Assembly (NCBI RefSeq): GCF_006345805.1
Contig: NW_021834018.1
Span: 5,583-69,582 of the forward strand
From: Octopus sinensis
Lineage: Eukaryota
Length of the DNA stretch: 64,000 nucleotides
Reading direction: 5' to 3'
The translations under genes and the position numbers were made by a program. Below the pieces are notes generated by a model. The model worked only from the letters and a program-made list of their open reading frames with translations. It had not been told where the DNA came from and ran no database searches. The stretch's first letter is position 1; every line of letters begins with the position of its first letter. Below are positions 63,424 through 64,000 of the stretch, in pieces.

Positions 63424-63684
63424 TCTTTTTAGTTCATTTAAAGGAATTATATATGAATCAAATTCGATGTTTATGAAATCTGAATATTCATATCTTCAAT
63501 ATCATTGGTGTCCCAATGCTTTAATTGTAAGGAGTGGGTTAATAGATTCATCCAGTAGATATAGTAATTTTAAAGATGGTAACGCGAGAAAAAGTAGGAT
63601 GATTCTGGGGATGATTGTTCAGATTGTTTCAATTTTTTGACTTTCTGTAATTATTAATGAAGAAAATTTATTTGTTATTATAAA
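63424..63684 (-). pseudogene. cox2: NUMT: fragment of mitochondrial cytochrome c oxidase subunit II
   Basis: In the invertebrate mitochondrial code (TGA=W, AGA=S, ATA=M) the minus strand reads [85 protein letters not shown], with the conserved IETIWT, LPSL and GHQWYWSYEY motifs; truncated at both ends and embedded in nuclear repeats. Confidence 0.96.
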
Positions 63685-64000
63685 TTATAAGGGTAGAAAA
63701 TTCAGAGAAATTTTCCACCGGTGGCCAGCATGTATATTATAAAGTCAATAGACCACATATTTTTCATATAAAAGAGGTAACATTTAACAAGACACATTAC
63801 ATGCTAGAAAGGGCAGTTAAAGCCCACACCACGATTAAGAGTAATTTCAAAGGTAATATTCTTATTTTTCATTCCATTTGAAATTACTCTTAGTACTGTG
63901 TTTTTGTATCAGTCTGCTATTTATCTCCGTGCGTATTTTAAGCCATGTATTTTTAAATTCAGTTCATCCACTCTCAAGGAAATGACGGTCAACTCTCAAC

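Overview
AT-rich, microsatellite-saturated animal genomic DNA, most likely from an octopus. The assignment rests on a cox2 NUMT that reads in the invertebrate mitochondrial code and on my recognition of the tRNA-SINE landscape; I could not verify it by search. There are no rRNA genes, intact tRNA genes or CRISPR arrays, and nearly all supplied ORFs are translations of simple repeats or SINEs. The window holds dozens of copies of at least five tRNA-headed SINE families (my labels A-D and F), three MITEs, and decayed Penelope-like (GIY-YIG), R4/Dong-like, RTE-like and Helitron fragments. It also holds a 34-bp minisatellite, a ~1.34-kb tandem duplication, a cox2 NUMT, and weak-to-moderate evidence for a minus-strand multi-exon gene. 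The most notable signal is a set of type I hammerhead ribozymes (HHR) in non-coding mobile elements. A very young 352-nt unit carrying a complete HHR occurs three times at 55751-56843: one inverted copy and two tandem copies, the architecture of a non-LTR retrozyme able to yield a circular RNA. A 604-bp terminally redundant element carries an HHR with an unusually long stem II, a further HHR lies at 5781, and a tRNA-headed SINE ends in an HHR-like module. All of this was read by eye; family names, protein identity and ribozyme activity are untested.
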